Source: an uncultured Verrucomicrobiae bacterium
GTDB taxonomy: Bacteria > Verrucomicrobiota > Verrucomicrobiia > Limisphaerales > Palsa-1400
DNA length: 64,000 nucleotides
NCBI GenBank assembly: GCA_963764165.1
Contig: CAVXRD010000001.1
Coordinates: 1,649,649 to 1,713,648 of the forward strand
Direction of reading: 5' to 3'
Shown: positions 21,501 through 31,608 of the stretch, piece by piece
Numbering within the stretch: the first letter of the stretch is position 1
Layout of the letters: each line of letters starts with the position of its first letter
The notes under the pieces: model-generated
Database searches by the model: none
Seen by the model: only the letters and a program-made list of their open reading frames with translations
Told to the model about the DNA's origin: nothing
Translations under genes and position numbers: made by a program

Positions 21501-22272
21501 TGAACTCGAACTTGCCTGCGGCATCGGTCGTTCCTTCCCCAGTCGGCTGGTCGAATCCGCTCAAATGAATTTTCACGCCGGATTCGGGCTTGCCCTCGTC
21601 GTTGTAAAGGTGGCCGGAAATCACATTGGTTGCCGGTCTCAAATCGATCGCGCCCAAATCGATGGCAGGCGTGCCAGAGCCGCCGTCTGCGTCGACAGTC
21701 TTCGAACCGTAACCGCGCGCAAAAACAGTGATGCGATATTTTCGCCCCGTCGGCAGATTGGCGAATTCAAATCTTGGGCCGCCATTGGTGGACGCATCTA
21801 TTTTGATTGGCACAGGCGTTTGATCCGTCAAAAGCGCGGCGCACGCCTGGACATTCGCAAGCGGGACGCCATCCGACTGCGCGCGACCGGTGACGCTGAA
21901 ACCGGGGGCAAGGTTAAGGTTGAAATTCGTGGCCTCCTCCGATACTTCCTCGGCCCCCGCAAGTTTGCTCCCGGGATCACGCGCGACAATAACAGCATAC
22001 GACGGCACGTTGTTCTGGCGAACCTTCCAATCAAACGCGAATTTGCCATTCGCATCGGCATTCGTAATCAAGGGCGCATCCATGTTGAAAATGCTGACAA
22101 GACGAAGCTCGGCATTCGCCGCCGGGTTTCCATAAAGTGTGCGAACCGCGCCCGTGACGGGAATGGTGCGCTCCGAGCCGTTGTCGAGATTCGTTTGCGC
22201 CCGGCCAGGCGGGGCCCCCCCGAGAAGCGCGGCGGCGAGAAGCATCACAAACCATGAGCGCGTCAATATCAT
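18544..22272 (-). CDS. Large secreted protein with four repeats of carboxypeptidase-regulatory-like (transthyretin-like) domains and a C-terminal redoxin-like fold
   Basis: Signal peptide, repeated G.V.D.DGKP.AGA.V and F.FKVC.G.V motifs with a period of about 270 aa, C-terminal GKPLP..PVLLCLFD. Start uncertain. Confidence 0.8.
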   Translation of the reverse strand: MILTRSWFVMLLAAALLGGAPPGRAQTNLDNGSERTIPVTGAVRTLYGNPAANAELRLVSIFNMDAPLITNADANGKFAFDWKVRQNNVPSYAVIVARDPGSKLAGAEEVSEEATNFNLNLAPGFSVTGRAQSDGVPLANVQACAALLTDQTPVPIKIDASTNGGPRFEFANLPTGRKYRITVFARGYGSKTVDADGGSGTPAIDLGAIDLRPATNVISGHLYNDEGKPESGVKIHLSGFDQPTGEGTTDAAGKFEFKVCDGKVRLNANTERTSSTVDATAGETNIIIYLGLGNGRSDRVSGVVKMPDGKPAAGAELMVFPSKGNIHWTKTDSEGAFTRIWALQPWQRATGAQLFVRDASHNLAALAPLDADVTNMEVKLIPALTVSSVVKNTNETALTNGAYSLIVRAGNSSETWDTDNGSVDGNGRFEIKGLPIEGSFTLGVCAKGYSEFQQQIAPNQETNRLELPPFILNVADRIIKGRVLDDDDKPLVAASVSISGDGQPNDHVTTDKSGGFEFKVCEGEVRIFATASGGGKSFQATAEAGDTNIIMRATESNLGNAKPHRLNGIVMDTDGKPVAGAQVAILPASGPAQWKTTRGDGSFALTWAIQPWLMQGGGPMLVARAAAQDLGAFLPFDAERTNIEIHLKPAVSLTGFVRNPDESAFPGATLSVAAKIGNHESEMPVAPVKSDAQGRFEFKSMPAEATFMVTASADGHGQSQQPIRTDSSTNHVELFPLYLKLADSFIAGQVLDDDDKPVADAEVHIDGIDQPKTEARTDRQGRFHATVCKGAVHLFVNDQGGYNQLAAESGDTNVVLVVGQTSTFGGGPSHRVLATVMDAEGKRVPGAQAAIFPGTFALKSHWKKTGTNGAARLTWSLQPWQLQNGNFPMAIARDPARNAAGVADLHETDTNVSLQLEPAMIVSGLVKSEDGAPLAGARVDIQVKAANAFAKMEDQPAETDAAGRYRLKCLPPGQQYAIIISASGRGKSQLSIQSSTRTNYLEMRAVELKTANRVIAGRVVDEKNAPLAGASVYASGEGQVDAYMVTDSKGCFHFKVCEGQVNFTANSPQGGFAQGGAEAGETNVVLQVGVRRRGMIGNDLTDSLPESHLAGKPLPSLADAHLPEKTVTAGLPVLLCLFDAGQRASRQMMKQLNEPSLQLRDKGVVVIGVQAVITGGEIFNQWRAESPVSFPIGRVTEKTNSTKWILDSKSLPWLILTDASHKVVSDGFKVQNLDQELKKISR

Positions 22273-22390
22273 GCGACTGTGGCCAATAGGCGGTGTCAAA
22301 CGGCGACGCATATTACGAGCGTGGCGTTGGAATAGCGATACAATCCTTAGTGGCAACCCAAACCTCGGCTCGCTCGATTTTTCAAAAATC

Positions 22391-22430
22391 CGCCTATGTT
22401 TGCCTTTCTTTGCCTATGTTTGCTTATGTT
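22391..22430. repeat. Four tandem imperfect 10-bp units
   Basis: cgcctatgtt tgcctttctt tgcctatgtt tgcttatgtt, intergenic. Confidence 0.7.
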
Positions 22431-22618
22431 TACGCACGCACCCCGCTCGGGAGAAATGAGTGACGCACGGCCACCTGATTTTCCGGAGGCGGCTCGCTGT
22501 TTTCGGCGCAACCTCAAAGGGAAGATTTGCCCGCGTGCTTCTCTGCGCGAAAATAGTTGACTCTAAAAATGCTTTGCAATCAACAACGCAGCGGATGTTG
22601 CCCCTTTTTGGAGATTAT

Positions 22619-23887
22619 TTATTGCGCCTTTAATTTGCCCAGCCGTTCCAGCGCCTTTCCCTCCTGGCCAGCGACAACGGCAGAAAAGACCTCATCAAGC
22701 GCGGAACCGAGCGCGGCATTGGTGGCGGATTGGCGGCGAAGATTGTAGAACTGAACGGCTGATTCCAGATGATTGGATGCGGAATGGCCGCCACGATGGC
22801 AAAGATCCTGGATAACGTTAAGATCGCGAAATCCATACTCCTTCGTGGGTTCGATCGTCGTTCCCTCGCCGAAATCATTCCATGTGACAATTTGAACGAG
22901 CGCAGAATTGTTGGCCAGGGCGCGGTTCAGACTTTCGCGCAATGTTTCGCCATTCCGGTCGCCCAAATAGCCCCAGTAATTGCGCACGCCGGCGCGCTCG
23001 TAGACATCGTGGAACCGAGGAAAGGCGCTGCTGATGAAGGCCGGCCAGGCGGCGGACTTGCCCTCAAATTCCGCCAAATAGCTTTTAAGCGCGGCGTCCG
23101 ACAAAACACCACCGGTGCCAGGCTGCTGGCTCAGCCACATGGGCGGCCAGTCAAAGGCGCCCGCGCCCGACGCCAGGCGGTTGTCCTCAGTAAAAAAGCT
23201 GGGCCGGTTAGAGGCCTCAAGCACGGAGAATATCTCATCCCAATTGGTCGTGGATGTAAAATATTGCGGGCCAAAGTTCTCGAAGAGCGGTTTGCCCTTG
23301 ATGCGAAAATACGATGGATCGCAAAAGAAGTTCGACTGGAGATAAAGCATTTCCTGCTGCGCGTGATGAATGGCCTCGGCCGCCGAGATGCGCTTGCCAT
23401 CGATCAGGCGCTGAACCGTCTGGTCTTCATAGCAAACCGCAAATTTCAATCCGGCTTTGCGGGTGTAATCGAATATCCTGGCCGTGTTGCGGTCGACGGC
23501 AGCGTAGTCAAAGTAATCGGTCGAGCCGTACCAGTCCACAATCACACCATCAATGCCAGCGAGCTTCATCAGCAGAACATGATACTCGAGCACCGCCGGG
23601 TCCGAGGAATCGTAAGGCCCAATGAGCGGATAGTACCACGACGCGATTTCCCGTTCACCGGATGCGTTGACCTTTTCAGGATCGAAATGGTTCATGGTCC
23701 AGTGCCAGCCCCACTCTGCGCTGTGGGGTTTCGCGGCATACCAAGGCATGTAATAGACCATCACCGGCTTGTCATTCGTCGTGGCTGCCGAAACACCAGG
23801 CGAAACACATGGCAGCATCGTCAGCGCGGCAAGGATGCTAGATCTCATTGCTTTCAGGGTCCTTTGCATTTTCGAAGAGGCGCGCAT
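22619..23887 (-). CDS. Glycoside hydrolase, GH71/GH99-like, secreted
   Basis: VYYMPWY, YYPLIGPYDSSDP, AGIDGVIVDWYG, VCYED, IVTWNDFGEGT.IEP. Confidence 0.8.
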   Translation of the reverse strand: MRASSKMQRTLKAMRSSILAALTMLPCVSPGVSAATTNDKPVMVYYMPWYAAKPHSAEWGWHWTMNHFDPEKVNASGEREIASWYYPLIGPYDSSDPAVLEYHVLLMKLAGIDGVIVDWYGSTDYFDYAAVDRNTARIFDYTRKAGLKFAVCYEDQTVQRLIDGKRISAAEAIHHAQQEMLYLQSNFFCDPSYFRIKGKPLFENFGPQYFTSTTNWDEIFSVLEASNRPSFFTEDNRLASGAGAFDWPPMWLSQQPGTGGVLSDAALKSYLAEFEGKSAAWPAFISSAFPRFHDVYERAGVRNYWGYLGDRNGETLRESLNRALANNSALVQIVTWNDFGEGTTIEPTKEYGFRDLNVIQDLCHRGGHSASNHLESAVQFYNLRRQSATNAALGSALDEVFSAVVAGQEGKALERLGKLKAQ

Positions 23888-23890
23888 GAA

Positions 23891-26341
23891 TTACGGGGAT
23901 ACCATTCGATAAAATCGCGCCATTCCTGATGGCGAGTTTGTATCGGCGAACATCGTTGAATTATTCGAGGCTAAACTGGCGCTGCCAATCAAGTTAATCC
24001 ACATCGGCGGATCGAGCCGGGCTGTCGTCTCAATATGATAGACAAAGCCCGGCTCCGTCTCGCATGTGAGCAGAAGGCCGTTGCTGCCTTTCACAGCCAC
24101 TGCGCTTATAACCGGCGCGGGCGGAAGGAAGCCAGCCTGTTCGATGACGGGGCCGTCCAACGCAATAGTAGCAGGATTGTTCCCGCCGGAATAGGAACCA
24201 TTGCCAGTGCCAGCCCAGCTGCCGAAAGCAAATCCATTGGATGGCGCAGCTCCGATGTTGATGGATTGGCCGCTATTGACCCACATGCTGGCGGGGCTGA
24301 CGGAGCCGCCGGGGCCGGAATTCAGAGTCAGAAAATATTGCGCGGCAAAGTTCACTGTTACATTGGTGTTTGAGGTTGGACTGATGTTATGCGTAATCGC
24401 TCCGCCATCGCTCCATGAACTCCAAACGTACTGCGCGCCGCGCCCGGTGCTCAAAGTGCTCGGCGCGCCGAGGGAGTGGCTCGAACCAGGAGCCCACGCA
24501 AACGTGCTCGCGTTGGTGTAGCTTGCGTCATCCACAAGGTAGACGCTGTTCGGCAGATTGGCCTGCACCGAGACACTCACGGCATTGGATATAAAGTAGA
24601 AATTGAATGTCCCGGAATCATTCTCGAACTCCGGCACGACAGAATTGCTGACAATCAAACTCCCGCTGGGGCATCCGTTCAGGCACTTGGCCCACCAGGC
24701 ATTCTGGCCTGATATGTTATCCAAATTATAACCATCAATATTGATAGCCGTGGCGGCCGCATTGCTTAGCCCTCCGGCGCTTCCCAGGACGCTCACGGCG
24801 GAAGAGATGCTGTCAATTAGATTCAACCGATTGAGATTGAGCCCGGAAATCCCTTTGTAGTTGGTGTTGTCCATGACGATTTGAACAGCCGAACGCCAGC
24901 CGTAACCGCCATCATAGCCGCCACAGCGGACGAGATCGCAATACTGCGCGATATTCGTGCCGCTAAATGAAAACGAAACATTGAACGTGGTGCTGAACAG
25001 AATGCCGCAGCCATAGGGAATGTCCGAGAACAGCGAATCTTCAACCCGATTGTTGGCGCCCCCATAGATTGCCCCGCCGTTGGCGAGAAAGGGCAGCTCG
25101 CCGGTGCAATGGGTAACGACGTTGTTGGCGGGAGTGTAGTTTCCCGAATTTGGCGACGGCCACATGGCGAAACAGTCGTCGCCCGTGCCGCGCGTCGCGC
25201 AGTTGGTGACCACGGTATTTTGCATGGCGTAATTGACATTGATGCCATCGGCAAGTGTGTCCCGAAACCGGCAGCCATCCACCAGCAGACCGCTGGAATT
25301 ATAGATCCAGGCGGCGGACTTGGTGTGCTCGACCCAGATGCGCGAGATGCTGGAACCCGTGCCATAGCTTCCTCCCAGGCCGTCATTTCCTTCGGAGTCG
25401 TTACGATAATTCAGGCGTCCCAGAATCGCAAAATCCGCCAGCTTGATGTTGCTGCCGGATCCGACGAGGTTCACGCGCCGCGACTGGTTTGTGTAAAGCA
25501 CCGGACTTCCCACCAGCGTCGAGTGCCACATGCCCGCGCCAGTGATCTGCGTGTTTGCATTCAAGGTAATGGTCCCGGTGATCAAATAATTGCCGGGCGG
25601 AATCCACACGGCTTTGTTTTGCGATCGCGCGGCGGTGATGCAATTTTGGAACGCCGCCGTGCAATCGGTGACGCCATCGCCAACCGCGCCGTAATTGGTT
25701 ACCGAAAAGGAATTCGCCGGCTGCGCCAGCGCCGCTGGGACATTTTCAACATCGACAAGGTCAATATCGTAATAAGCGGCGGAGTCCGTGGAATTCTTTT
25801 GAAGTTTCACGATGCAACCGGCGTCCAGTTTCAGGCCGTTGATGCGCGCCTCGTCAAAGAAGTTTCTAGGGAATCCATAATTCGGATTATTGGAAAATGG
25901 ATAATTGCCATAAAGCCAGGAATATTTGGAAGTCACGGGTAGGGTGGCGGCGAACGATCCGTTCGTGTAAAGACTCAAGGTGTAATCCGCTCCCACCCCA
26001 TCGGTTGTATCCGGCACGCAGTAACGAACCACCAACGAAGTGCCGGGTAGTTGATTCGTAAACTGAATGTACTGGCCGGTGGCATTCAATTGCGCGCACA
26101 TCCGGCCCGACGCTTCGGTCGTAACCCGGCTGGGGTCGTAGGTCGGCCCCAATATCGAACCCCCGCTGACAAACATGTTTTCCGCCTCATACGTCGTCCA
26201 GGGAACCGACGCTCCCGTGCCAGCTTTGACTCTTATGTCAGCAACGAATATCAGGAGAAGCAGCCCAAGAAGGAATCTCGCCTTTGCGCTCCATGCGCCG
26301 ACTAGTCCCCGAACGAGGGCAGAAGGGAAATTATGGGACAT
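23891..26341 (-). CDS. GH87-like alpha-1,3-glucanase/mycodextranase with InlB-B-like repeat and RFYR C-terminal domain
   Basis: GASVPWTTYEAE, EASGR, VTSKYSWLYG.YPF.N.P, FFDEAR, beta-helix with ADGIN and TGDDCFAMW. Start taken at ATG 26341. Confidence 0.8.
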   Translation of the reverse strand: MSHNFPSALVRGLVGAWSAKARFLLGLLLLIFVADIRVKAGTGASVPWTTYEAENMFVSGGSILGPTYDPSRVTTEASGRMCAQLNATGQYIQFTNQLPGTSLVVRYCVPDTTDGVGADYTLSLYTNGSFAATLPVTSKYSWLYGNYPFSNNPNYGFPRNFFDEARINGLKLDAGCIVKLQKNSTDSAAYYDIDLVDVENVPAALAQPANSFSVTNYGAVGDGVTDCTAAFQNCITAARSQNKAVWIPPGNYLITGTITLNANTQITGAGMWHSTLVGSPVLYTNQSRRVNLVGSGSNIKLADFAILGRLNYRNDSEGNDGLGGSYGTGSSISRIWVEHTKSAAWIYNSSGLLVDGCRFRDTLADGINVNYAMQNTVVTNCATRGTGDDCFAMWPSPNSGNYTPANNVVTHCTGELPFLANGGAIYGGANNRVEDSLFSDIPYGCGILFSTTFNVSFSFSGTNIAQYCDLVRCGGYDGGYGWRSAVQIVMDNTNYKGISGLNLNRLNLIDSISSAVSVLGSAGGLSNAAATAINIDGYNLDNISGQNAWWAKCLNGCPSGSLIVSNSVVPEFENDSGTFNFYFISNAVSVSVQANLPNSVYLVDDASYTNASTFAWAPGSSHSLGAPSTLSTGRGAQYVWSSWSDGGAITHNISPTSNTNVTVNFAAQYFLTLNSGPGGSVSPASMWVNSGQSINIGAAPSNGFAFGSWAGTGNGSYSGGNNPATIALDGPVIEQAGFLPPAPVISAVAVKGSNGLLLTCETEPGFVYHIETTARLDPPMWINLIGSASLASNNSTMFADTNSPSGMARFYRMVSP

Positions 26342-26462
26342 TGGCGAGCGCACCGCATCCAGTTTTGTATTTCCGATCATCCGCCATTTCAAGAACGATC
26401 CGTCGAGCCGGGACTTGCCGACTCGACGGATGCTCAACAGTCTTCGGGGGCGGTATGCGCGT

Positions 26463-28881
26463 CTAGTGCGTGAATAAGCGATAGAATCGGCTGGCGTTGG
26501 TGCCAATCGTGTCCGGCACCGAAACATTCAAGCCAGTGCCGTTGGTGGTTGTCAACGTATTCCAAGCCTTGTCCGTCAAGTTTGTCTTGTATTGGACGGA
26601 GTAGTTATGATTGATCACCGTCGGGAATCCGACGCTGAGTTTTGCCCCACCCCGGCTGACCGAGGTTATTGGCGAGTAGACCTGCACTTGCACAGCGCCT
26701 TGGGTGATCGGATTCGTGGCGGAATTATCAGGACCCCAGAGGCCGAAACCATACTGAATGTGGTCGCCCGCGGTCGACGCCACCGTCACAGTGAACGGCT
26801 GGCCCGCCACCAGGGGCGCGTCGTAGCGATGCTCGACGCCCCAGCTCGGGGAACCATCTTTGATCCAGGCCCTTGCCGTGTAGTTGGAATTCAACGAATT
26901 GCTCGTGCAGATGCCTGAAAACGTAAGCACATCTCCCGCCAGGTTGTCATTTTGAATGTAGTAATCCTGCTCCATGTAGGCGGCGGACGAGCCGTCTGGA
27001 TTAATGTAGGCAGAATTGACCGGGTTGGTGGCGCCGTCATAAACATAGGTGTTCGGTTGCAGTGTGATTACATCATTGGATGTATTCATCGTGGCCCGCA
27101 GCAATGTCGTAGGCGCGACGGCAAAACCAAAACTGGCTGCCGGGCTTGTGCCCGCGGCGCCGCTGGAAGGCGGAGACGAAATGAGGTTGCCGCCATTCCA
27201 AACGTTGATATACCCATCGAACGGGGCCAGGGCGCGGTCGAAATACAGCCAGGTCGGATTATAAACCACCAGCGTCACGAGGCTGGTGGCCGACAATGAA
27301 CTTGAGTCCGTAACAACTACTTTGTAGGTCCCTTCCTCCAATGGCTGCACGTTGGCCAGGCTGAGCGTGTTGGATGCGGATCCCGAGATGCCGCCGCCAT
27401 CGGTGAGATTCGCCCCGTTTTGCGACCATTGATACTTCAGCCCATTGCCGGTGGCGTTCACCGCGAAGGAAACGTTGGAACCGACATTGACGCTGGCCGA
27501 ACTGGGCGTCACCGACAGGATTTGCGGGCCGGCGGAAACCACGGCGTTGCTTGAGAAGAGCACGTAGCCCAACGGCCCCACATAATTCGCCGCCGCCGGG
27601 TTTGTGCGCGCAGGCAAGCCCTGCCATTCGAAGCCCCATTGAACGTGGTCTCCGGTCGTGTTGATTACTTTGCTAATGGTAAACGTTTGCCCATTCGTGA
27701 GGCTGGAAAGTGGCACCGTCGTCTCCCCATAATAAGCCCAGCCCGTGCTGAAGTCCTTGATGAAGGCCACCAATGAGCTGGCCATCCCGGCGTCCGTCAA
27801 GGCGTTCGTCACCAGCGTGCCGGAGAAAACGACTGTGTCGCCGCCCCTCGCGCCGGTGGAGGTGCTGTCAACATAAAATGTATTGTCGTAGGTCGCAATC
27901 GGCCCGCTTGTCCCGGAGTCGTCGGACCAAATGGTGGTATCGGTGTGAAAATATGTGTCCAGGCTGATATCAGGGGCGCAATTCACCACGCCCTCGCTGC
28001 TAATCGTGCCTTGAAGATCGGGAGTCTGGCCACCGACGCCGAGATAACCGCTGGCGTTGCCATAATTGTTGCCGAACTCATCGGTCACATTGCGATAACC
28101 AGCCCATGACTGCGAAGGATCCAGATAAACGTAGACATTCGTCGGCGGTGGCGGCGGCGGCACGTAGCCACCATTGGTGCTGATGATCGCCTGCCCGTAG
28201 CTGGCCGCATCCACCGAGCGCACGGGAGGGCCGGACCATTCCAAGCCGGTACTGGACGAAATCGCCGGTTCCGTAGACCGATGGAAAGGTCAGCGAGAAA
28301 GGCTGTCCGTTCGTGAGCGTGCTTATCGCCAGCGTCACGTAGCCGTGAAAACCCCACGACGAGTCATAGTCTTTGATGAAAATAACGGCGTTGCCGCTGT
28401 AAGGTTCCGCCAGAGTGTTCGTCACCAGGGTGCCGGTGAAAATGATCGAGTCCCCGGCGCTGGCGTTGTTATACTGTGTGTAAATGTCGCTCAGCGTCTT
28501 GCATATGGCGGGGCTTGTTCCCGTAGCATCGGCCCAAATGTTGGTATCGACATTGTAGGGGCTGGTCACGTCCGGCCAATCATCAGCTCCGATGGTCAGG
28601 TTGCCGGAAGTGTCCACCGAGGAATTGTTCGGGAAAGATCCGCCCCCGCCGTCCCCTCCAGACCCTAAATAGAGCGAAATGTAAGCTGGCTGCGTTGTCG
28701 CCGTCAGTCCATTGGTAAAGACGTTTTCGTAACCATAAAACGTGTTGTTCGGGTCAGTGATGACATAGTCCGGGTTCGCCTGGGCTTCAAAAGTCCCAAG
28801 CCCTGTCACAACGGCGGTCAGGCCGGCGGCAAATAGGAATCCTGCTCGTTTGCTTATCATATTTAATCTGGGTTTTCTCAT
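26463..28881 (-). pseudogene. About 805-aa secreted protein (three internal repeats, Ig domain, RFYR tail) split by a +1 frameshift near 28248
   Basis: ORFs 28078-28881 and 26463-28244 join. The minus strand reads CAG TAC C GGC TTG GAA TGG; removing one C gives VQYGLEW, matching the repeats VQWGFEW and IQYGFGL. Confidence 0.8.
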
Positions 28882-29033
28882 AAATTTGAGGTGGCCGCTG
28901 ATCGGTGCAATGGCGTCAGCGAGACGATTTCTCTGCGTTTCGTAGTCATTGGGACAGCTTGTTTATATCACAGCCGCGTTTGGCCGCACGTCGCATGAAA
29001 TGGTGACAAGGGCCGACTTCTGGAGAGAATCGT

Positions 29034-29320
29034 GGTAGAGCGAGGCTCCTGCCGAGTCATCCCCATGATTCCCATTCTTCGCATGAAGTTGGGAGCTATG
29101 AATATAATGGGACGGCTCGGCAGGAGGCCCCAACCAACAAAGTTGGTGGGAAGTGCCAATGAACCGAAGTGGGATGCGGGACGCGAGGCGCGTCCCGCTG
29201 CACGCGGGGGCGCGTGCGCTCCCCGGATTCAGAGGCCTGGGGAGCACACGCGCCTCGCGTGTCGCGCTCGGCGCCTCGCCGAGCGCTTCCCCTGTGGTTC
29301 ATTGGCAGCCTCGCCCTACC
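29034..29320. repeat. Cluster of REP-like palindromes of two families
   Basis: ggtagagcgaggctcctgccgag...ctcggcaggaggcc (29034-29135); gcgcgtgcgctcccc/ggggagcacacgcgc doublet (about 29175-29286); a half-REP gcctcgccctacc overlapping the TPR gene stop. Confidence 0.75.
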
Positions 29321-31604
29321 GCCCTCCGGAAATCTTGGACTGCAGCCACGCAATTTGATTTTGCGCGCGGGCATTGTTCGGTTCCAGCTTTAGCACGGCC
29401 TCAAACTCCTGTTTGGCGCCGAGCCATTGCTGCTGGCGCAGCAGCCATGTGCCGTAGTCGAACCGATACGCCACGGAGTCCGCATTGAATCGCGCGGCTT
29501 GCTGGAACTCCGGGCCAGCCGCCTCGTTTTCCCCTGCCGCAACCAGCTCGAGCGCCAGTTCGTGGTGGATCAACGCATCCGCCGGGCGCAGCGCGAGGCC
29601 GGCGCGATAGCTCGCAACGGCTTCGGCATGGCGGCTCAAATGGCCGAGCACTTTGCCGCGCCGCAAATACGTCTGCGGATCGTGCGAATCCTGTTTAAGC
29701 GCGGTGGCAAACGCATCAAGGGCCTCGGGGTATTTTTTTTGCATGGCAAGCGCGTTTCCAAGTTCAATCCAGCCATCGGTGCGGCTTGGTCGCATGGCCA
29801 GCGTTCGGCGCAGCATGGTTTCGGCTTCCGCGTAATGCTGCAACGGCACCGACAGCCTCCCCGCTTCAAAATCGCCCAGCGGGTCATGTGGCACCAAGTC
29901 GCGAAAATGCTCCCATTGCGACTCCGCCGCCGGAATGTCGCCAGACAGCTCCAAAAATATCGCGTAGTTTTCGCGAAGGGAAAAATCGTCCGGCCGCTGG
30001 GAAACACATGTTTCAAAATCGATGCGTGTCTGCGCAGCCCGATCGTGGTCGGCCGCCGCGAGCGCGGCCTTGATGCGGGATTCCAAAGTGGCTTTCCGCA
30101 GGTCATTGTTCGCCTGTGTGCTTAACGGCGGAAGCTCCATCCGCTCCACCATAAAGTGGATGACTTGCGATCGATTCCAGAGCGAAAGCCCAATCTGCCG
30201 TTCACATTCAGCCTGCGAAATCCAGCCGTTCGCGCTGGGTGGAAAAAGCTTGGAGATTTGCCCGGCCCAAGCGCGAGCGAGCCGGTAGCGCGCGTCGAAA
30301 TCAAAATGAACATGCTCGAAAAAAGTTTCATCGCCGCAAATTCCCGTGGCACTTCCTCCGGCGAGCGCCTCGGCGGCGTCGCATAGGATTAGGCGGTCAC
30401 TCTTCGCGCGTTCCGGTTCGCCGCGGATGGCAGAATTAATTCGCGAGTCCGCGCGAAACGGCAGCGCGTCGCAATCGCAAGCCAATTGAAAATGCGCCCG
30501 TGCCTGCGCGAAGTTTGTGCGCGCCAGAAAATATTCGCCCCACAAGTATTGGAGATCCGCGCGCTGATCGTCCAGTTGCGCCGCTTGCGCAAACGCGCTT
30601 TCGGCCGCATCCCATTGCCGCTGGACAACGGCCTGATGGCAATGGGCCAGAAGCGTGTCGAACTCAGCGCGCTGGGCTGGCGAGACGCCGGCTCGCGGCA
30701 GCGCGGCGAACGGCGGGCAATCCCGCAGATTCACGCCTACCGTGCTCAGCAAAACTGTGGCGCCTGAACGGACCCCGGCGCGAACGATGTCATCCAGATT
30801 TTTTTGAAAATTTCGATAGACCGTTTCGCGCATGGGGCTGTCGGGAGGAACTTGGTTGTTGAGGAACATCTCCATGCCTCCCCAAGCCGCGCCTTCCCTG
30901 CTCTGCCCGCTGCGCCGCCGTCCCAACGCCGCCAGCCATTGGCCAATCCGAAACTTCTGCGAGGCCGTGACCAGCCTCGTAAACGGCAGGCTTGGCGCCT
31001 GGCGGCCAAACACAGTCGCCGCTCCGTAGGGCCCCACCATCTCGTTGTTGCCCATGTAAACAATCCACAAATCGCCATCGTGCTGGGCGCATTCGCGGGC
31101 AATTGGCAGAATGACATGCGAGTCGATGGCCGTCACTGCAGTATTGATCACCTCGAACTTTCGCTCTGGATATTTTTCGCGCAGTAGCATTTCAAGGTAA
31201 CGGTCCGGCGCGACGCTTTCGGCCGGATCGCCCATCGCCGCCGATTCTCCCAGGATGAAAATGCGAAAAGTCCCCAGCGCTTTGTGAACTGGAAATCGCA
31301 GCGGGCCGGTGGTGCGCACCATGCTCTTGGGAAAAAAGGTCAATCCGAAATCTTCGTTTTGGACAAAATAATCCGCCCCGCCAATTTGGACGCGCCTGAA
31401 AAAACTTGGGTTGTAACCGTAGCCGGCCAGCCGCAGGCATAGCTCGATTGCGGTCAATAATAGAAAAGGCAGCGCGAGAAGCGCGAAGCGAAAAAACCAT
31501 CGCCGCCCGCGCGATAGCGGGATGGGATTGGCTGCTGTTGAACCGTTGCTTTTTTTGCCGGCCTTCAAGCTGAACTTTGGCTTCTGGCCGGCGCAGCAGT
31601 CCAC
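29316..31604 (-). CDS. Membrane-anchored SGNH-like domain plus tetratricopeptide repeat protein
   Basis: N-terminal TM helix, RIFILGESAAMG, VYMGNNE, FFEHVH, C-terminal TPR helices. Confidence 0.8.
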   Translation of the reverse strand: MDCCAGQKPKFSLKAGKKSNGSTAANPIPLSRGRRWFFRFALLALPFLLLTAIELCLRLAGYGYNPSFFRRVQIGGADYFVQNEDFGLTFFPKSMVRTTGPLRFPVHKALGTFRIFILGESAAMGDPAESVAPDRYLEMLLREKYPERKFEVINTAVTAIDSHVILPIARECAQHDGDLWIVYMGNNEMVGPYGAATVFGRQAPSLPFTRLVTASQKFRIGQWLAALGRRRSGQSREGAAWGGMEMFLNNQVPPDSPMRETVYRNFQKNLDDIVRAGVRSGATVLLSTVGVNLRDCPPFAALPRAGVSPAQRAEFDTLLAHCHQAVVQRQWDAAESAFAQAAQLDDQRADLQYLWGEYFLARTNFAQARAHFQLACDCDALPFRADSRINSAIRGEPERAKSDRLILCDAAEALAGGSATGICGDETFFEHVHFDFDARYRLARAWAGQISKLFPPSANGWISQAECERQIGLSLWNRSQVIHFMVERMELPPLSTQANNDLRKATLESRIKAALAAADHDRAAQTRIDFETCVSQRPDDFSLRENYAIFLELSGDIPAAESQWEHFRDLVPHDPLGDFEAGRLSVPLQHYAEAETMLRRTLAMRPSRTDGWIELGNALAMQKKYPEALDAFATALKQDSHDPQTYLRRGKVLGHLSRHAEAVASYRAGLALRPADALIHHELALELVAAGENEAAGPEFQQAARFNADSVAYRFDYGTWLLRQQQWLGAKQEFEAVLKLEPNNARAQNQIAWLQSKISGGR

Positions 31605-31608
31605 CGCC

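Noticed and set aside
29034..29320. Possible CRISPR array or structured ncRNA
   Set aside because: No regularly spaced direct repeats with unique spacers and no cas genes; explained by REP-like palindromes.
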